A program made the translations under genes and the position numbers. A stretch of 63,079 nt of DNA, filler included, from Stramenopiles sp. TOSAG23-3 (Eukaryota), in assembly GCA_900128585.1 (NCBI GenBank). It is 4 parts of 4 records of this genome, joined end to end, with 100 filler letters (N's around TTAATTAATTAA, not from the genome) between each part and the next. Parts side by side here need not be neighbours in the genome. Positions count along the whole stretch, not along the records: positions 40,905 to 60,997 come from LT642383.1; positions 61,098 to 63,079 come from LT645183.1; 2 more parts are not named here. The stretch is one strand, 5' to 3'. The notes below the pieces were generated by a model, which ran no database searches, was not told the DNA's origin, and saw nothing but the letters and a program-made list of their open reading frames with translations. Positions 52,305 to 62,345 of this stretch are shown piece by piece (position 1 is the first letter of the stretch; the number at the start of each line of letters is the position of its first letter).

Positions 52305-55300
52305 ATGGAGAAGCAAATTCACGATAATGTGCAACGACTCCAGCTCGCTCTGGAGAACGCGGACGCTTTGCAGGAAAGAATAACCTCCTCCCCCGTATCC
52401 AAACGACCAAAACGGGCGAGACAAACCACTACATTTACCGTTACCGACGAACTGCACGGTGATGTCAGGTTCAAAGTTTTTCTTGAGCTATATTTTGCAG
52501 TTAAAAACTCCCAGACCGACCAAGAGGCAAAAGCCGAGTGCAGATTTCTCATTGAGAGGGCGGAGAGAAACAATGAGGAAATTTACAACCCCGTACTCTT
52601 TAGAGAAAGCTACAACAAGTTTGAATATCCATTGCACATGGTATGTTCAAAGGGTTTTTTAGAAACCCTGAAATCATGTTTCGTGCCTAAAATGAAGAAA
52701 TCAAGTGATTGCAAGAACCCACCGTGGCAAGGCTTGATCAAGCTGGTCGACGAACACGGACAGGGCCCTCTCTTTTATTTATTCGGCCGGGAAAACGACG
52801 ACAACGACGAGTTTTTCATGGAAAGGAGATGTGAAATGATGAACGAACTGATTTCCTGCGGTGCTGCGTTGAGTTCCAAGAATAAGAAAGGAAAAAATAT
52901 TTTTCACTATCTTTCTGAGCGTGGCAAACACAACCAAATCGAGAATATAATCAGAAGCGTTGCCGGGCGTTTCACGTTACTAAAGAAAGGCAGAAAGTCG
53001 ATCAGGCAACAAGAAAAAGAGAGTTTGGTTGACCGAATCAAGGCAGTAGGAAATTTAATTCACTGCGATGGGATTGTAGACAAAAACGGGAATATGGTCG
53101 GAAAAGATGGGAAAGAGAAGCCTGGCATATGGAAAGGATTTGGTACTGATTGTCAGATCTACTTTTTCAGGAGCGACGCTGGGGATGAGTGCAAGCGCCC
53201 TTGGCGGGCGTGGAAATGCAATATTTTGTGCTCCAGCAACAATGTGGCAGTAATAGGGGGGACTCAGCGAGTCCTAAACGTAATAGGGGGGACTCAGCGA
53301 GTCCTAAGCGGAACGGGGCAAGGGAAACGCGTCAGCAAACGCTTTAGTCTTAAGCACGGCATGACTTTAGCATCAAAACTACTAGGACCAAATAATAATA
53401 ATCTGTTAGAGTTCGAATTTATCAATGCAGACAGTGATGAAACGATTGACCCAAAAAAAAACATACAATTGCTGTTTAAGAATCGGTACCGTGAAAAGAT
53501 TAAGGAAGAACTAGTGGATAAGGGGGCATCGGTTCAGCACTTTCTCAAAGTATTGAAACTTCGGGATATCATAGTTTTGTATTATGAGTGCCAGCGCACG
53601 AGACTATTCGATTTTCACAAGTACATGAAAACAAAGGAGAACTTGAAAACAAATGACTTTTTCCTTTTTCACTCTTTTAGAATATATGTTGCACACGTTG
53701 AAATGGCGTACAGGATGCAGCAGAGAGACGGTAAGAAAAATGTAATTACCGGGGTACTTGCGGATATCATATTTCACAACGTTCTAGGTGCTAAACATGA
53801 TCACAACCATGAAAGCTTTTTCTCCACCTCCCTTTTGTTGGAGGCTAAAAACTCTGCTTCCGACGCGAGCGAGAGCCTCGTGAAGAAGGACATCACTGGG
53901 TACTATACGGTGCGCGAACTCCGAAAAATAAATGAAAAAACAAAATTGGTAGTTGAATATCTCAAGCAACATTTTCATCAAAACGGAGACAGACTTCGGA
54001 CCACACAGACAAGGCTTGATAACGTAATGTTGGAGCTTACCTTGTCGGATATCAATGAGGAGATACGCGATTTAATTCTTGACAAAAATATCATGCACAA
54101 TTTTCGTTTGTTTGCGACCAAGCACTTTGTCCGGGGACCTCACGTTGCCGAAACTATGGTGCGTGACAGGGAAGAGAACACAAATACCTTTCATGTGAAT
54201 GCAGTCTTCGGCAAGTACGAATCATACGGCGTTATGTGCCCGATCATGCGTCAGTCGGAAAAAAATGACACGAGAAAATCATTGCAAGATACCGCGTCTT
54301 ACTTTGTCACGGAAATTATTGCATCAGCCCTCGATGCAAACTGCGACATGTCTGTGATAGACTGTGTGAGAGATTTGATGGGGGGCGATAAGGATATAGA
54401 CAGAGCAATTCGAATGGGACACAGGGGAAGTGGACAATGCTCAATCATTGAGCTACTCCGCAAGTGCCCTATTGTGGAGCAGCAGAATCGGATAGTTCAA
54501 CCGGCTCTCCACAAAGTTTTTGTGGAGTTGCTGAAAGCAGCGTGCAAGTATCCCGACGAGACGGTTGCCACCAAAACAATCTCACTTCTGCTTGAGAAGA
54601 AGCTTGATATGAAGCAAATTGAAAATGAGCAGGGCTTCTTTCCTTTAGCATATTCTCTTCAAGGCCATGAAAGGTACATGAAGCTGGCTGCTGTTTTAGT
54701 AATTGGTGGGGCTACTGTGAAGATCGAGACGTTGGAGTCTTTGTTTTCTGAATACAAGAAAAATAGGTTTTACATTTCGCAAAACAAGAAAACATTGGAG
54801 CAGGAAATAGAAAATTTGAAGTGTTTGCTGCACACCATTTTGCTCTACGGTGCTATGCATGGGACGCTAGCAGAGGACGTTTTGATATACATGGTGGACC
54901 AAGTAGCAACACTCAATGACGTTGCGTTTGATATCAATTACCGTGACAAGACGGGAGGGTCAGCAATGCACTACGCTGCAATGTACGGGCATGACCATGT
55001 ACTTGATTTGTTGATTCGAAACCGAGCGTCTGTGAAGTACGGTGTGGTAAAAGACAGCAAATGCCACAGAACTGTAATGTCTAAACACAAACATTTTCTT
55101 GGCTATTCTCCTCTTGGTTTGGCTGTTCAGAACGGACACTTGTCTTGCGTAAAGGTACTCTTGGATTCGGGGGCAGACCCATTTGACGGTGGAAAATTAT
55201 CGTTCCATAATGAGGACCCCACGAATCCTGTTTGGTTGGCCTTGGGCTGTAACGTCGAAATTCGTACGTACGGCAGTGTCTTGTGGGCCGACGACAAGAA

Positions 55301-57890
55301 GTCTAAATGTCAGGATTGCGACAAACCATTTAATTTAGTGACTAGAAGGAGGCACCATTGTCGCTTTTGCGGGAGATTACTCTGCCACGAGTGCAGCTCA
55401 AAACAAATTTTTGGCATTCGAGCATGTAAAAATTGTGACATAAATTACAACAATGTTTTAGACACCAGGGAGTATTATTGGAAGGCCCACCGATCGTTAT
55501 TCACCCGCATGCATGTCACGAACGGGCACAGTCAGAGTACGTATCGATCTCCACTCTTACACGGACAGCACAATATTGAAGAGGATGTTTACAGCGGCAT
55601 GCACTCTAACATTTTGCTGCTGATTGACATGGCATGCAAGCGTGAACTCTACGATCCATTCGAGGTCGCGCTAGAGCAAAACTCAATGTCTCCAGTACCC
55701 CGAAGAGAACAGTTTTGGTTCGAAGGAAAAGAAGTGCTGAGAAAAATCAATAATACGGAATTTGCAACGTACGGATCTATGCGCCAAAGACAAGCGTCGG
55801 TTCTCAGGCACTGGCTTTCATTTACAAAAATCAGGGAAAAGAGAGAAGAAATTATAGCAAATAAAAACGCGAAAAAAAAGCGAAGAGAGTCGGAGATTGT
55901 CCATAAACTTATTCGTCGGCACAGCAGCTATAGCAAAGACACAGCCCGCAAAGTAGAAGTAGCAACCATGCTGAAAAAGGCAAAGACTGATAAAGCCGAG
56001 CGTTTAAAAGGTATAAACAGACTGTTTCGAACTAATCCAAAGGTTTCTGAAATGCGCAAGAAATATGGCTTTGATTCGTTTTACAATTATTCGATGCACA
56101 CACTGCTATTTTTTTTACTAGGATTTTGCTCCTTTCAATACTTTTCGAATTTAAATCGGTCAAGCAATACAATGCCCAAGTTAGTAGACCGCAAACTTTC
56201 CGGCTGTGCAAGTTTTGCAGCGGTCAATCTAAGGAAGCCAGAAACATTCTTCGACTGGCTTCAGTTAGGCCTTTTTAATGGAACCTTGTCGCCGCTAATG
56301 CAATCTTCGTTTTACTTGGTGGGCCCCGTTTCAGTGATGCAAAATCGAAAATACGTCCAGCAGGGCTATGCCCCCAACGGCCATCTTTCCGAGCGTATGG
56401 CGATGAACTCAAAGTCTTTCCCTGACTTGTTTCGCACGAACGTGAACAAAAAACCTTGGGGGAAGAAAGGACAAGAAGTAGAGCCGCCGTTTGTACCTAG
56501 CTTGAACGAGTACGGGCGCGACTATCACAGGGCATGGTTATCCGTTTCCGAGGCTAAAAATGACATTCAGTTCTTGAAAAACAATTCTTATATTGACAAG
56601 TACACGGCACAGCTAATCGTTAACTTTGTTGTCTATTCTAACGATTTGCAAATTTATACAAGAGCACGGATAATATTCCATGAAAGTCTCCCTAGCCTCA
56701 CCGAAAACCGGGTCTTCTACGACAGTTTTTCGACCGATGTATTTTTTGCGAAAGACTTTACATTCTTGGCTATATGGGTCATCTTTGTTGTTTACGTATG
56801 CTTTGAAACATACGGCACTCTTGCACGCTTTTACAAGAAAGTGCGGATTGTGAAGCAGACAACTGACAATGCCATGAAACTTTACATTGCCCAAGAGCCA
56901 AACAAAGACCCCCAAAAAGAAAAGAAGGAAAATTGCTTCGAAAAGTATTACCGGTACTCGAAAGATTTTAATTTGTTTGGCATGCCAATCCTTCACGACG
57001 TTTACTTGGCAACGTGCTTGGTCAATCTGATATACTTCCTGTTTATCAAAGAGTCTTTGGGTGGTCGGCTTCGGGATAGCATAGTCCCTTTTGAGCCTGA
57101 ATCTATACATCCCCACCATATATCGGTTAAGGATAGGGCAACATTTTATGCTATCACTTATGAATTGATCGAATCGACGAAGATGTCTCACATGTTTGTG
57201 GTTTTGTTTATTGCTGTGTTTACCATTGTGTGGATGGACGAGCTCAAGAGTCACCCAAGGTATGGGAAATTTGTGATTGCCATTGGCAAAACAATAAGCT
57301 CATCAAAAGTGAAAACTTTTATGCTACTTTGGATCATGCTGATTACCATGTTTTCGTTAATGTTCTTGAGTTCCGAGCATAATTTAGATTGGTATCAGCC
57401 ATTAATTGGCCTCGTCAAACTATTCACGTTTGCTGTTGTAGAGCCTGAAGCTTCGGACTACCGTGGTGGAGACATTACTCTTCTGATATTGTACTTGGTC
57501 TTCATGATTCTTATTTCTCTCTTTTTCGCCAACCTTTTGATCGCAATTTTGACAGACCTGTGGGATATTGCTATGAAGGAAGACTTATGGGACGATCATA
57601 TAGATACAAAATTGCAAGAAGACGCCCAAGAAATCCTGGCCGGCCGATCTCCTGCGCGAACGTACATCATGAAGCTGTTTTATCGAGCACGTTATACTGA
57701 TGCATTTGCCCAAGAGGAATACAACACTGAAAAAAATACGAAACATTATGGAAAAAACAGTAGGTGCTTTTCTACAAAAATTATTGTTAATATTTTCTTT
57801 GGCAGCATATCGATTTCGCTGTTGTGTATGGTGTGGTTTGTACTTGCCGAGGTATTTCAGTACGAATGGAGCCATGAAGACTCTTGGTGA
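52305..57890 (+). CDS. Ankyrin-repeat + FYVE zinc finger + polycystin (PKD2/TRPP)-like cation channel
   Basis: ANK: GGSAMHYAAMYGH and YSPLGLAVQNGHLSCVKVLLDSGADP. FYVE: WADD...CQDC..PF..TRRRHHCRFCG.LLC.EC...RAC..C. TOP-domain motifs FFDWL, LVGPV...Q.R and LKNNSYIDKYT..LIVNFVVYS. S6: FANLLIAILTD. Confidence 0.82.
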   Translation: MEKQIHDNVQRLQLALENADALQERITSSPVSKRPKRARQTTTFTVTDELHGDVRFKVFLELYFAVKNSQTDQEAKAECRFLIERAERNNEEIYNPVLFRESYNKFEYPLHMVCSKGFLETLKSCFVPKMKKSSDCKNPPWQGLIKLVDEHGQGPLFYLFGRENDDNDEFFMERRCEMMNELISCGAALSSKNKKGKNIFHYLSERGKHNQIENIIRSVAGRFTLLKKGRKSIRQQEKESLVDRIKAVGNLIHCDGIVDKNGNMVGKDGKEKPGIWKGFGTDCQIYFFRSDAGDECKRPWRAWKCNILCSSNNVAVIGGTQRVLNVIGGTQRVLSGTGQGKRVSKRFSLKHGMTLASKLLGPNNNNLLEFEFINADSDETIDPKKNIQLLFKNRYREKIKEELVDKGASVQHFLKVLKLRDIIVLYYECQRTRLFDFHKYMKTKENLKTNDFFLFHSFRIYVAHVEMAYRMQQRDGKKNVITGVLADIIFHNVLGAKHDHNHESFFSTSLLLEAKNSASDASESLVKKDITGYYTVRELRKINEKTKLVVEYLKQHFHQNGDRLRTTQTRLDNVMLELTLSDINEEIRDLILDKNIMHNFRLFATKHFVRGPHVAETMVRDREENTNTFHVNAVFGKYESYGVMCPIMRQSEKNDTRKSLQDTASYFVTEIIASALDANCDMSVIDCVRDLMGGDKDIDRAIRMGHRGSGQCSIIELLRKCPIVEQQNRIVQPALHKVFVELLKAACKYPDETVATKTISLLLEKKLDMKQIENEQGFFPLAYSLQGHERYMKLAAVLVIGGATVKIETLESLFSEYKKNRFYISQNKKTLEQEIENLKCLLHTILLYGAMHGTLAEDVLIYMVDQVATLNDVAFDINYRDKTGGSAMHYAAMYGHDHVLDLLIRNRASVKYGVVKDSKCHRTVMSKHKHFLGYSPLGLAVQNGHLSCVKVLLDSGADPFDGGKLSFHNEDPTNPVWLALGCNVEIRTYGSVLWADDKKSKCQDCDKPFNLVTRRRHHCRFCGRLLCHECSSKQIFGIRACKNCDINYNNVLDTREYYWKAHRSLFTRMHVTNGHSQSTYRSPLLHGQHNIEEDVYSGMHSNILLLIDMACKRELYDPFEVALEQNSMSPVPRREQFWFEGKEVLRKINNTEFATYGSMRQRQASVLRHWLSFTKIREKREEIIANKNAKKKRRESEIVHKLIRRHSSYSKDTARKVEVATMLKKAKTDKAERLKGINRLFRTNPKVSEMRKKYGFDSFYNYSMHTLLFFLLGFCSFQYFSNLNRSSNTMPKLVDRKLSGCASFAAVNLRKPETFFDWLQLGLFNGTLSPLMQSSFYLVGPVSVMQNRKYVQQGYAPNGHLSERMAMNSKSFPDLFRTNVNKKPWGKKGQEVEPPFVPSLNEYGRDYHRAWLSVSEAKNDIQFLKNNSYIDKYTAQLIVNFVVYSNDLQIYTRARIIFHESLPSLTENRVFYDSFSTDVFFAKDFTFLAIWVIFVVYVCFETYGTLARFYKKVRIVKQTTDNAMKLYIAQEPNKDPQKEKKENCFEKYYRYSKDFNLFGMPILHDVYLATCLVNLIYFLFIKESLGGRLRDSIVPFEPESIHPHHISVKDRATFYAITYELIESTKMSHMFVVLFIAVFTIVWMDELKSHPRYGKFVIAIGKTISSSKVKTFMLLWIMLITMFSLMFLSSEHNLDWYQPLIGLVKLFTFAVVEPEASDYRGGDITLLILYLVFMILISLFFANLLIAILTDLWDIAMKEDLWDDHIDTKLQEDAQEILAGRSPARTYIMKLFYRARYTDAFAQEEYNTEKNTKHYGKNSRCFSTKIIVNIFFGSISISLLCMVWFVLAEVFQYEWSHEDSW
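53250..53309 (+). repeat. In-frame 30-bp tandem duplication
   Basis: GTAATAGGGGGGACTCAGCGAGTCCTAAAC / ...CCTAAGC, one mismatch; encodes VIGGTQRVL(N/S) twice. Confidence 0.92.
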
Positions 57891-57989
57891 ATAAATACAT
57901 TTTAGTGTGGGAGGGAGGGACTGAGGTGAGGGACTGACATGTTCTTCAAAAGAAAATGTTCAATATCTATATTAAAATAATAACAGCAT

Positions 57990-58080
57990 GACGAAGCTAA
58001 ATTTAATTACTTAAATAACAGCCAATTTTCTTGTTTTAATAATAACAGCCATTATTTCGTTTTTATAATCCTAACTTGGT
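57990..58080. repeat. Dispersed intergenic element (reverse orientation) plus TAATCCTAACTTGGT
   Basis: GACGAAGCTAAATTTAATTACTTAAATAACAGCCAATTTTCTTGTTTT followed by a second TAACAGCCA. Confidence 0.85.
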
Positions 58081-58179
58081 ACGGGTACCTTTGTACTTAT
58101 TATAGTAATTCTTAATTCTTTAAATACATATGAATAGTGAGTGACTCTTATTTAATAGCTCTCGTATTATAAGAAGAAA

Positions 58180-60393
58180 TTACAGAACACCGTGCAGGGA
58201 TCTTCTTGTAATGACAGGGCCGCCACCATAGCGTTCATAAAAGTGATCCCAGCAATCTTTGTTTACACCGCGATAGTCTTTTCCTGCGCACAGTCCAGGC
58301 TTGAGTTTCCCTTCGGCGGCGTCTCCTTGGAGCAGCCTCTCGTTTGATATTGGGCCAGGTGGCGGGATCCCGCTGGAGCCATCTGTCCCATGAACTGTGC
58401 GCACCATCCGGCTGAAAGATGGACTTTCGTGATCGTTTAACAAAAATACTCGCCACCGCTTCAGCCAGGCCTCATCCACCAAATACAGCAATTCACCAGA
58501 CGAAGCACTGTTAGTACCTTTCCCTAAGCGGAAGATTTTTCCAAAGAATGCGTTGTCTTCTTTCCGCTGATTGTCCCACGAAGCCCTTTCAGAATTGCAG
58601 GCGAAACAGGAAAGGTTTACTTTTGAGAGTGGGCATGGCCCGTGCTGTCCGTATTCCTGTATAAGTCGTTTGCACAATGTTTTAGGAAGAGGCACAAAGT
58701 TTAACTGGTCTCTTTCAAGCGCCTTATTATGGCGGCACAAGTTCCTATAGTTGCTTACTGGCCCTGGAAATGACGCCCCGATGAATTTTCTTAACCAGTA
58801 CGACGAAATGTATGCCTTTGGACCAGGCCGCGGAGAACTATTCGGGTCTACCTCATTCTTCATGCTCGAAACCAACTCTTCCCGCAGACTCTGCGTGGTC
58901 GTCGTGCCTGTGCGCGGGACATTTCCTACGTGTCGCTTGCTGTAAAGAAGAAGATAAGCCTCTACATCTTTCAGCATTGCCTCCGAAGCAATCGTGACTT
59001 TGCTGTCATTGCATTTGTACCAAAACTCATCCCCATCTTCAAGGGTGACAGCGCCGCCTTGCTTTGTAGCTTCCATATTATGTTTCACGTACGCTACGTA
59101 GTGACCCGATTTAACACTATCCCCAATGTGCTCAACCACACCAACTAAATCATACACGGCACCTGTTTGGTCCCCCGGTACTGTCAAACCCCGCACAGGA
59201 AAATCGACTAAATTTTTTAGTTTCACAGACCTCATTTTTTCTCCCCCAGAGGTCCACGCCTTTTCAACATTGGAAAACGAAGCGAACCCCCCGAGCGAGC
59301 CACTTTGGGCGTTTTCATCAGCTCCCTCCATGACCGATTTTGCAGTACCTTCCTTTTCCTCTCTAGAGAAGAAGCTCTCGTACTGAAAACGCTTTAGATG
59401 AAGCAGTAGGCACTCTGGAGGATCGCCATGCATGATCAAAGATTTGGACGCCGAAGTTCGCTTGTGGCAAGACGAACATTTATAATTCCTGTCCCGTGAG
59501 TCTAAAATTTCTTCCGAAAACATTGACTCCAAACACGCAGGGAGGGTCGCGGCTTTCCTGTTGGTTCCATCGTTTGAGCACCCGTCTGGTCTTGGCAATT
59601 CAGGGTCGCTTGGAGACTGCGAGAACGACGAACCAAGCCAATTCCACCAGGAAGAAAAGAAGGAAGTTGAATCATAGCCAGCTGCTACGTTTTTGGGCGA
59701 CTCTGTAATCTTCTGGCGTTTTCTTTTCAACTGACGTTTTGTTGTGGTGTCAAACAGAATTGGTAACGATATGCACAGAAAATCCTCGTTGGTGACCGAT
59801 TTGTTCCCGCAGGCAGAGCAGGTAACCGTACTTTTCATCCCCCCCCCAAACAGGTCTCGCACCAGACTCTCCTGGTACACTTTACCTTTTGAACCATGCG
59901 CATAGTGTTCTTTTCGGGGCGGAACGGGCACGCTCGTCATCTCATCTACAATATCCAAGAGTCGCACCAAACACTCGTGCGCGTCTTGCTGCTTAAAACC
60001 TTTGAATTCCGGGTACAGTCTGGATATTCTCGACAGCAAGAGGCGGGGCGAGGCAGACTGCAGAGCCCCGTCTTTCTGAGGAGGCTCAAGGGCTTTGAAC
60101 TTTGTCATGCTGCCCAAAATTTTTTGAAGCTCCCCGACGATGGAATTTTTCAGCTCTGTCGCCCCGGCCTCGGAATTCGGCAGTGCCCGTGCAGGGAGGC
60201 TCTCGTCCACGTCGGCCCCACCAAAAGTATTAACAAAACCTGACGCTGCGGAGAGCATTTGAAGGCATGCGTTCAAGTAGCAAGTGTTTCCTAAGTTTTT
60301 CAACCCGCACGGTACCGAGTTCGTCGAAGACAAACCGCTGCGGAAATTTCTGTCCAATTTTAGAAGCACCTCGAGCGGATGACGGTCCACCAT
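58180..60393 (-). CDS. Ubiquitin-specific protease with two C-terminal DUSP domains (USP20/33-like architecture)
   Basis: Cys box GLKNLGNTCYLNA, QQDAHE, LHLKRF and His box GHYVAY...WYKCNDS. DUSP motifs PGPVSN, PPGPISN and YGGGPVI. Confidence 0.9.
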   Translation of the reverse strand: MVDRHPLEVLLKLDRNFRSGLSSTNSVPCGLKNLGNTCYLNACLQMLSAASGFVNTFGGADVDESLPARALPNSEAGATELKNSIVGELQKILGSMTKFKALEPPQKDGALQSASPRLLLSRISRLYPEFKGFKQQDAHECLVRLLDIVDEMTSVPVPPRKEHYAHGSKGKVYQESLVRDLFGGGMKSTVTCSACGNKSVTNEDFLCISLPILFDTTTKRQLKRKRQKITESPKNVAAGYDSTSFFSSWWNWLGSSFSQSPSDPELPRPDGCSNDGTNRKAATLPACLESMFSEEILDSRDRNYKCSSCHKRTSASKSLIMHGDPPECLLLHLKRFQYESFFSREEKEGTAKSVMEGADENAQSGSLGGFASFSNVEKAWTSGGEKMRSVKLKNLVDFPVRGLTVPGDQTGAVYDLVGVVEHIGDSVKSGHYVAYVKHNMEATKQGGAVTLEDGDEFWYKCNDSKVTIASEAMLKDVEAYLLLYSKRHVGNVPRTGTTTTQSLREELVSSMKNEVDPNSSPRPGPKAYISSYWLRKFIGASFPGPVSNYRNLCRHNKALERDQLNFVPLPKTLCKRLIQEYGQHGPCPLSKVNLSCFACNSERASWDNQRKEDNAFFGKIFRLGKGTNSASSGELLYLVDEAWLKRWRVFLLNDHESPSFSRMVRTVHGTDGSSGIPPPGPISNERLLQGDAAEGKLKPGLCAGKDYRGVNKDCWDHFYERYGGGPVITRRSLHGVL

Positions 60394-60997
60394 TTTCTTC
60401 GCTATTCTGAAGGTGGTTACGTACTGGTCATGCCGCGAAGAATTACAATATAAGGGGTACCTGCAGCCGAATGGAACGGAGACTGAAATGAAGAAATTGA
60501 TTCGTGGAAAGGAAAGAAAACGGGGGGCTAACTGGAATTGAATCTAGTGTGAAAAAATACAGAAAAAGATTGGTTAATGATGAAATCATGATTTTAAGAA
60601 ATTCGTAATCAACTCGTCTTCAACAACCTTCAACAATTCAAAAATTATTATTACAACAACAACAACAACAACAATAATAAAAAAATAATTAATTATTATT
60701 AAAAAATAATAATAAATAGTCGTCTTTATATTAGTTCTCTTCTTGTGTAATAATGTACGCGTAATAATTGGAAGAAGAATAATAATTATTTAAAAGTACC
60801 AAGGTAGAAGACAGTCGAATAATTATTAAAAGGCAATTATCACCGAAAAAGCTGATGAGAGATGAAAGATTAGAGAGAAGGAGAGAGAGAGAAGGAGAGC
60901 GAGAAATATCTTCTAAAAAAAAAGAAAGAAAGATATTATTAGTCTAGACTAATACAACATACAAATAATGTATTTTATTATAACTAGACTAGTATTA

Positions 60998-61097
60998 NNN
61001 NNNNNNNNNNNNNNNNNNNNNNNNNNNNNNNNNNNNNNNNNTTAATTAATTAANNNNNNNNNNNNNNNNNNNNNNNNNNNNNNNNNNNNNNNNNNNN
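60998..61097. other. Artificial contig linker
   Basis: 44 N + TTAATTAATTAA + 44 N. Confidence 0.98.
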
Positions 61098-61099
61098 TT

Positions 61100-61681
61100 A
61101 CAGGCCCGTTGTTCTTGACGAAGCTGGACATGAACTTGGTGGACGCGGTTTGTGGGGATAAAGGACTGTTGTACGTTACGGACCCAAAAAAGAGTGGTTT
61201 CGAGCCCTTCCCAGGGGACAGCCCATTTCATCCATATGACTACCCCTTCTTTTACAAAAATATCAGGGTAAATGCTATCGAGCGTGCAAATGCTTATTTC
61301 AGTCATACAAACCCCGATAACGTGCTCAATGAAGAAGCGTGCTACGCTTGTGGAGGCAGTGGAAATTGCGTTGGCGCTTTCATTGGGGATATTTTTTTGT
61401 TTGTGGTTTTGCCTCTGATCGTTTTCTCCCCAATTTTCATTTGTTCAGTCTATGTGCTGGGCTTGTTCTCATTGCACATATTTAAAAATAGAAAGGGCGG
61501 CCTTGCCACCGTTACAAAAGGTTTCTGCAAGTCTCTATCGTTTTGGCGAACACTGAGAATTTCGTGTTGCTGTTTTCCCGTTGTATGTTACCGAATGTAC
61601 TCAAGGTGGAAGTTGGGCAGAAAGAAGGAGCCCGAAGGTGGCAGTGAGTGCGCATCCGAAATGGTTTCAATTAAGGATTGA
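61100..61681 (+). CDS. DUF3089-like (alpha/beta-hydrolase-like) protein, C-terminal part with a TM anchor; 5'-truncated
   Basis: DAVC...GLLYV...FHPYDYPFFYKNIRVNAIERANAY matches my recollection of the DUF3089 C-terminus. A long hydrophobic segment follows. Confidence 0.65.
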   Translation, partial: TGPLFLTKLDMNLVDAVCGDKGLLYVTDPKKSGFEPFPGDSPFHPYDYPFFYKNIRVNAIERANAYFSHTNPDNVLNEEACYACGGSGNCVGAFIGDIFLFVVLPLIVFSPIFICSVYVLGLFSLHIFKNRKGGLATVTKGFCKSLSFWRTLRISCCCFPVVCYRMYSRWKLGRKKEPEGGSECASEMVSIKD

Positions 61682-61702
61682 ATTTTCCGTTCCGTAAATC
61701 TT

Positions 61703-61765
61703 AAAAACAAAAAATTAGCTGTTATTAAAACAAGAAAAATTGGCTGTTATTTTATAGTTAATTTT
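61703..61765. repeat. Dispersed intergenic element, tandem double copy
   Basis: AAAAACAAAAAATTAGCTGTTATT AAAACAAGAAAAATTGGCTGTTATTT. Confidence 0.8.
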
Positions 61766-61904
61766 AAAATTAAAGAAAAAAGAAGGCCAATTCTTTGTTT
61801 TAATTAAAATTCATCTTCATTATATACCACGAAAGTGAATCTGCTCCATTTGTTCATTAAAGATTTACGTTCCTTTATAATGCTGAAAATTTATCTTTGC
61901 TCCT

Positions 61905-62190
61905 GTGATCGAACTGATCAATATGCTCTTGTCACTTAGTCTAGACTATCATTCTCTGATGTACTCCATGCATGATCCGAATCGGTGCTTGGATTGGCAA
62001 AGCTGTCAAATTATCCGTAGTCATCTTCCTCATCCGATATCTCAACCATAGATAACTCAAACCCTTGTGCGATTTTCCAAGCAGCGGCGTTATTGTTTTA
62101 GATATGCTCGTTTTCTGTCTTGCCTTGTAAAGCGGTCAAGTAATTGTCATTTGTGAGTTGAGGAGGCGGGGGAGGGTTGTTCAGGTAGAT
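61905..62190 (-). pseudogene. Degenerate 3' end of a multicopy gene or element
   Basis: Minus frame reads IYLNNPPPPPQLT...EHI*NNNAAAWKIAQGFELSMVEISDEEDDYG*FDSF...SENDSLD*. Partially homologous to 47127-47258. Confidence 0.45.
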
Positions 62191-62345
62191 TTACTTTTTT
62201 GTAAGGTTCTTACTCTTAAAAAAGGTTAAAGGAAAAACTCAAAGTGTACACATTGTAGGTTAGATTTATTTAAGTTCTAAAGTAAATTACTTCTTGTAGT
62301 AGTTTGTAGTAGTTTGCAAAATCTTAGCTTCGGTGACCTAAAAAA

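Noticed and set aside
20368-61097. Thrice-repeated N/TTAATTAATTAA block as a biological repeat, and any synteny across it
   Set aside because: Identical 100-bp six-frame-stop linkers between contigs of decreasing length. This is artificial concatenation.
61940-62190. TAA reassignment implied by in-frame TAA codons in the relic frame
   Set aside because: Intact genes end in TAA at sensible positions (EGF protein, HBS1, GRIP, NMD3) and long ORFs contain no internal TAA. The relic is simply decayed.
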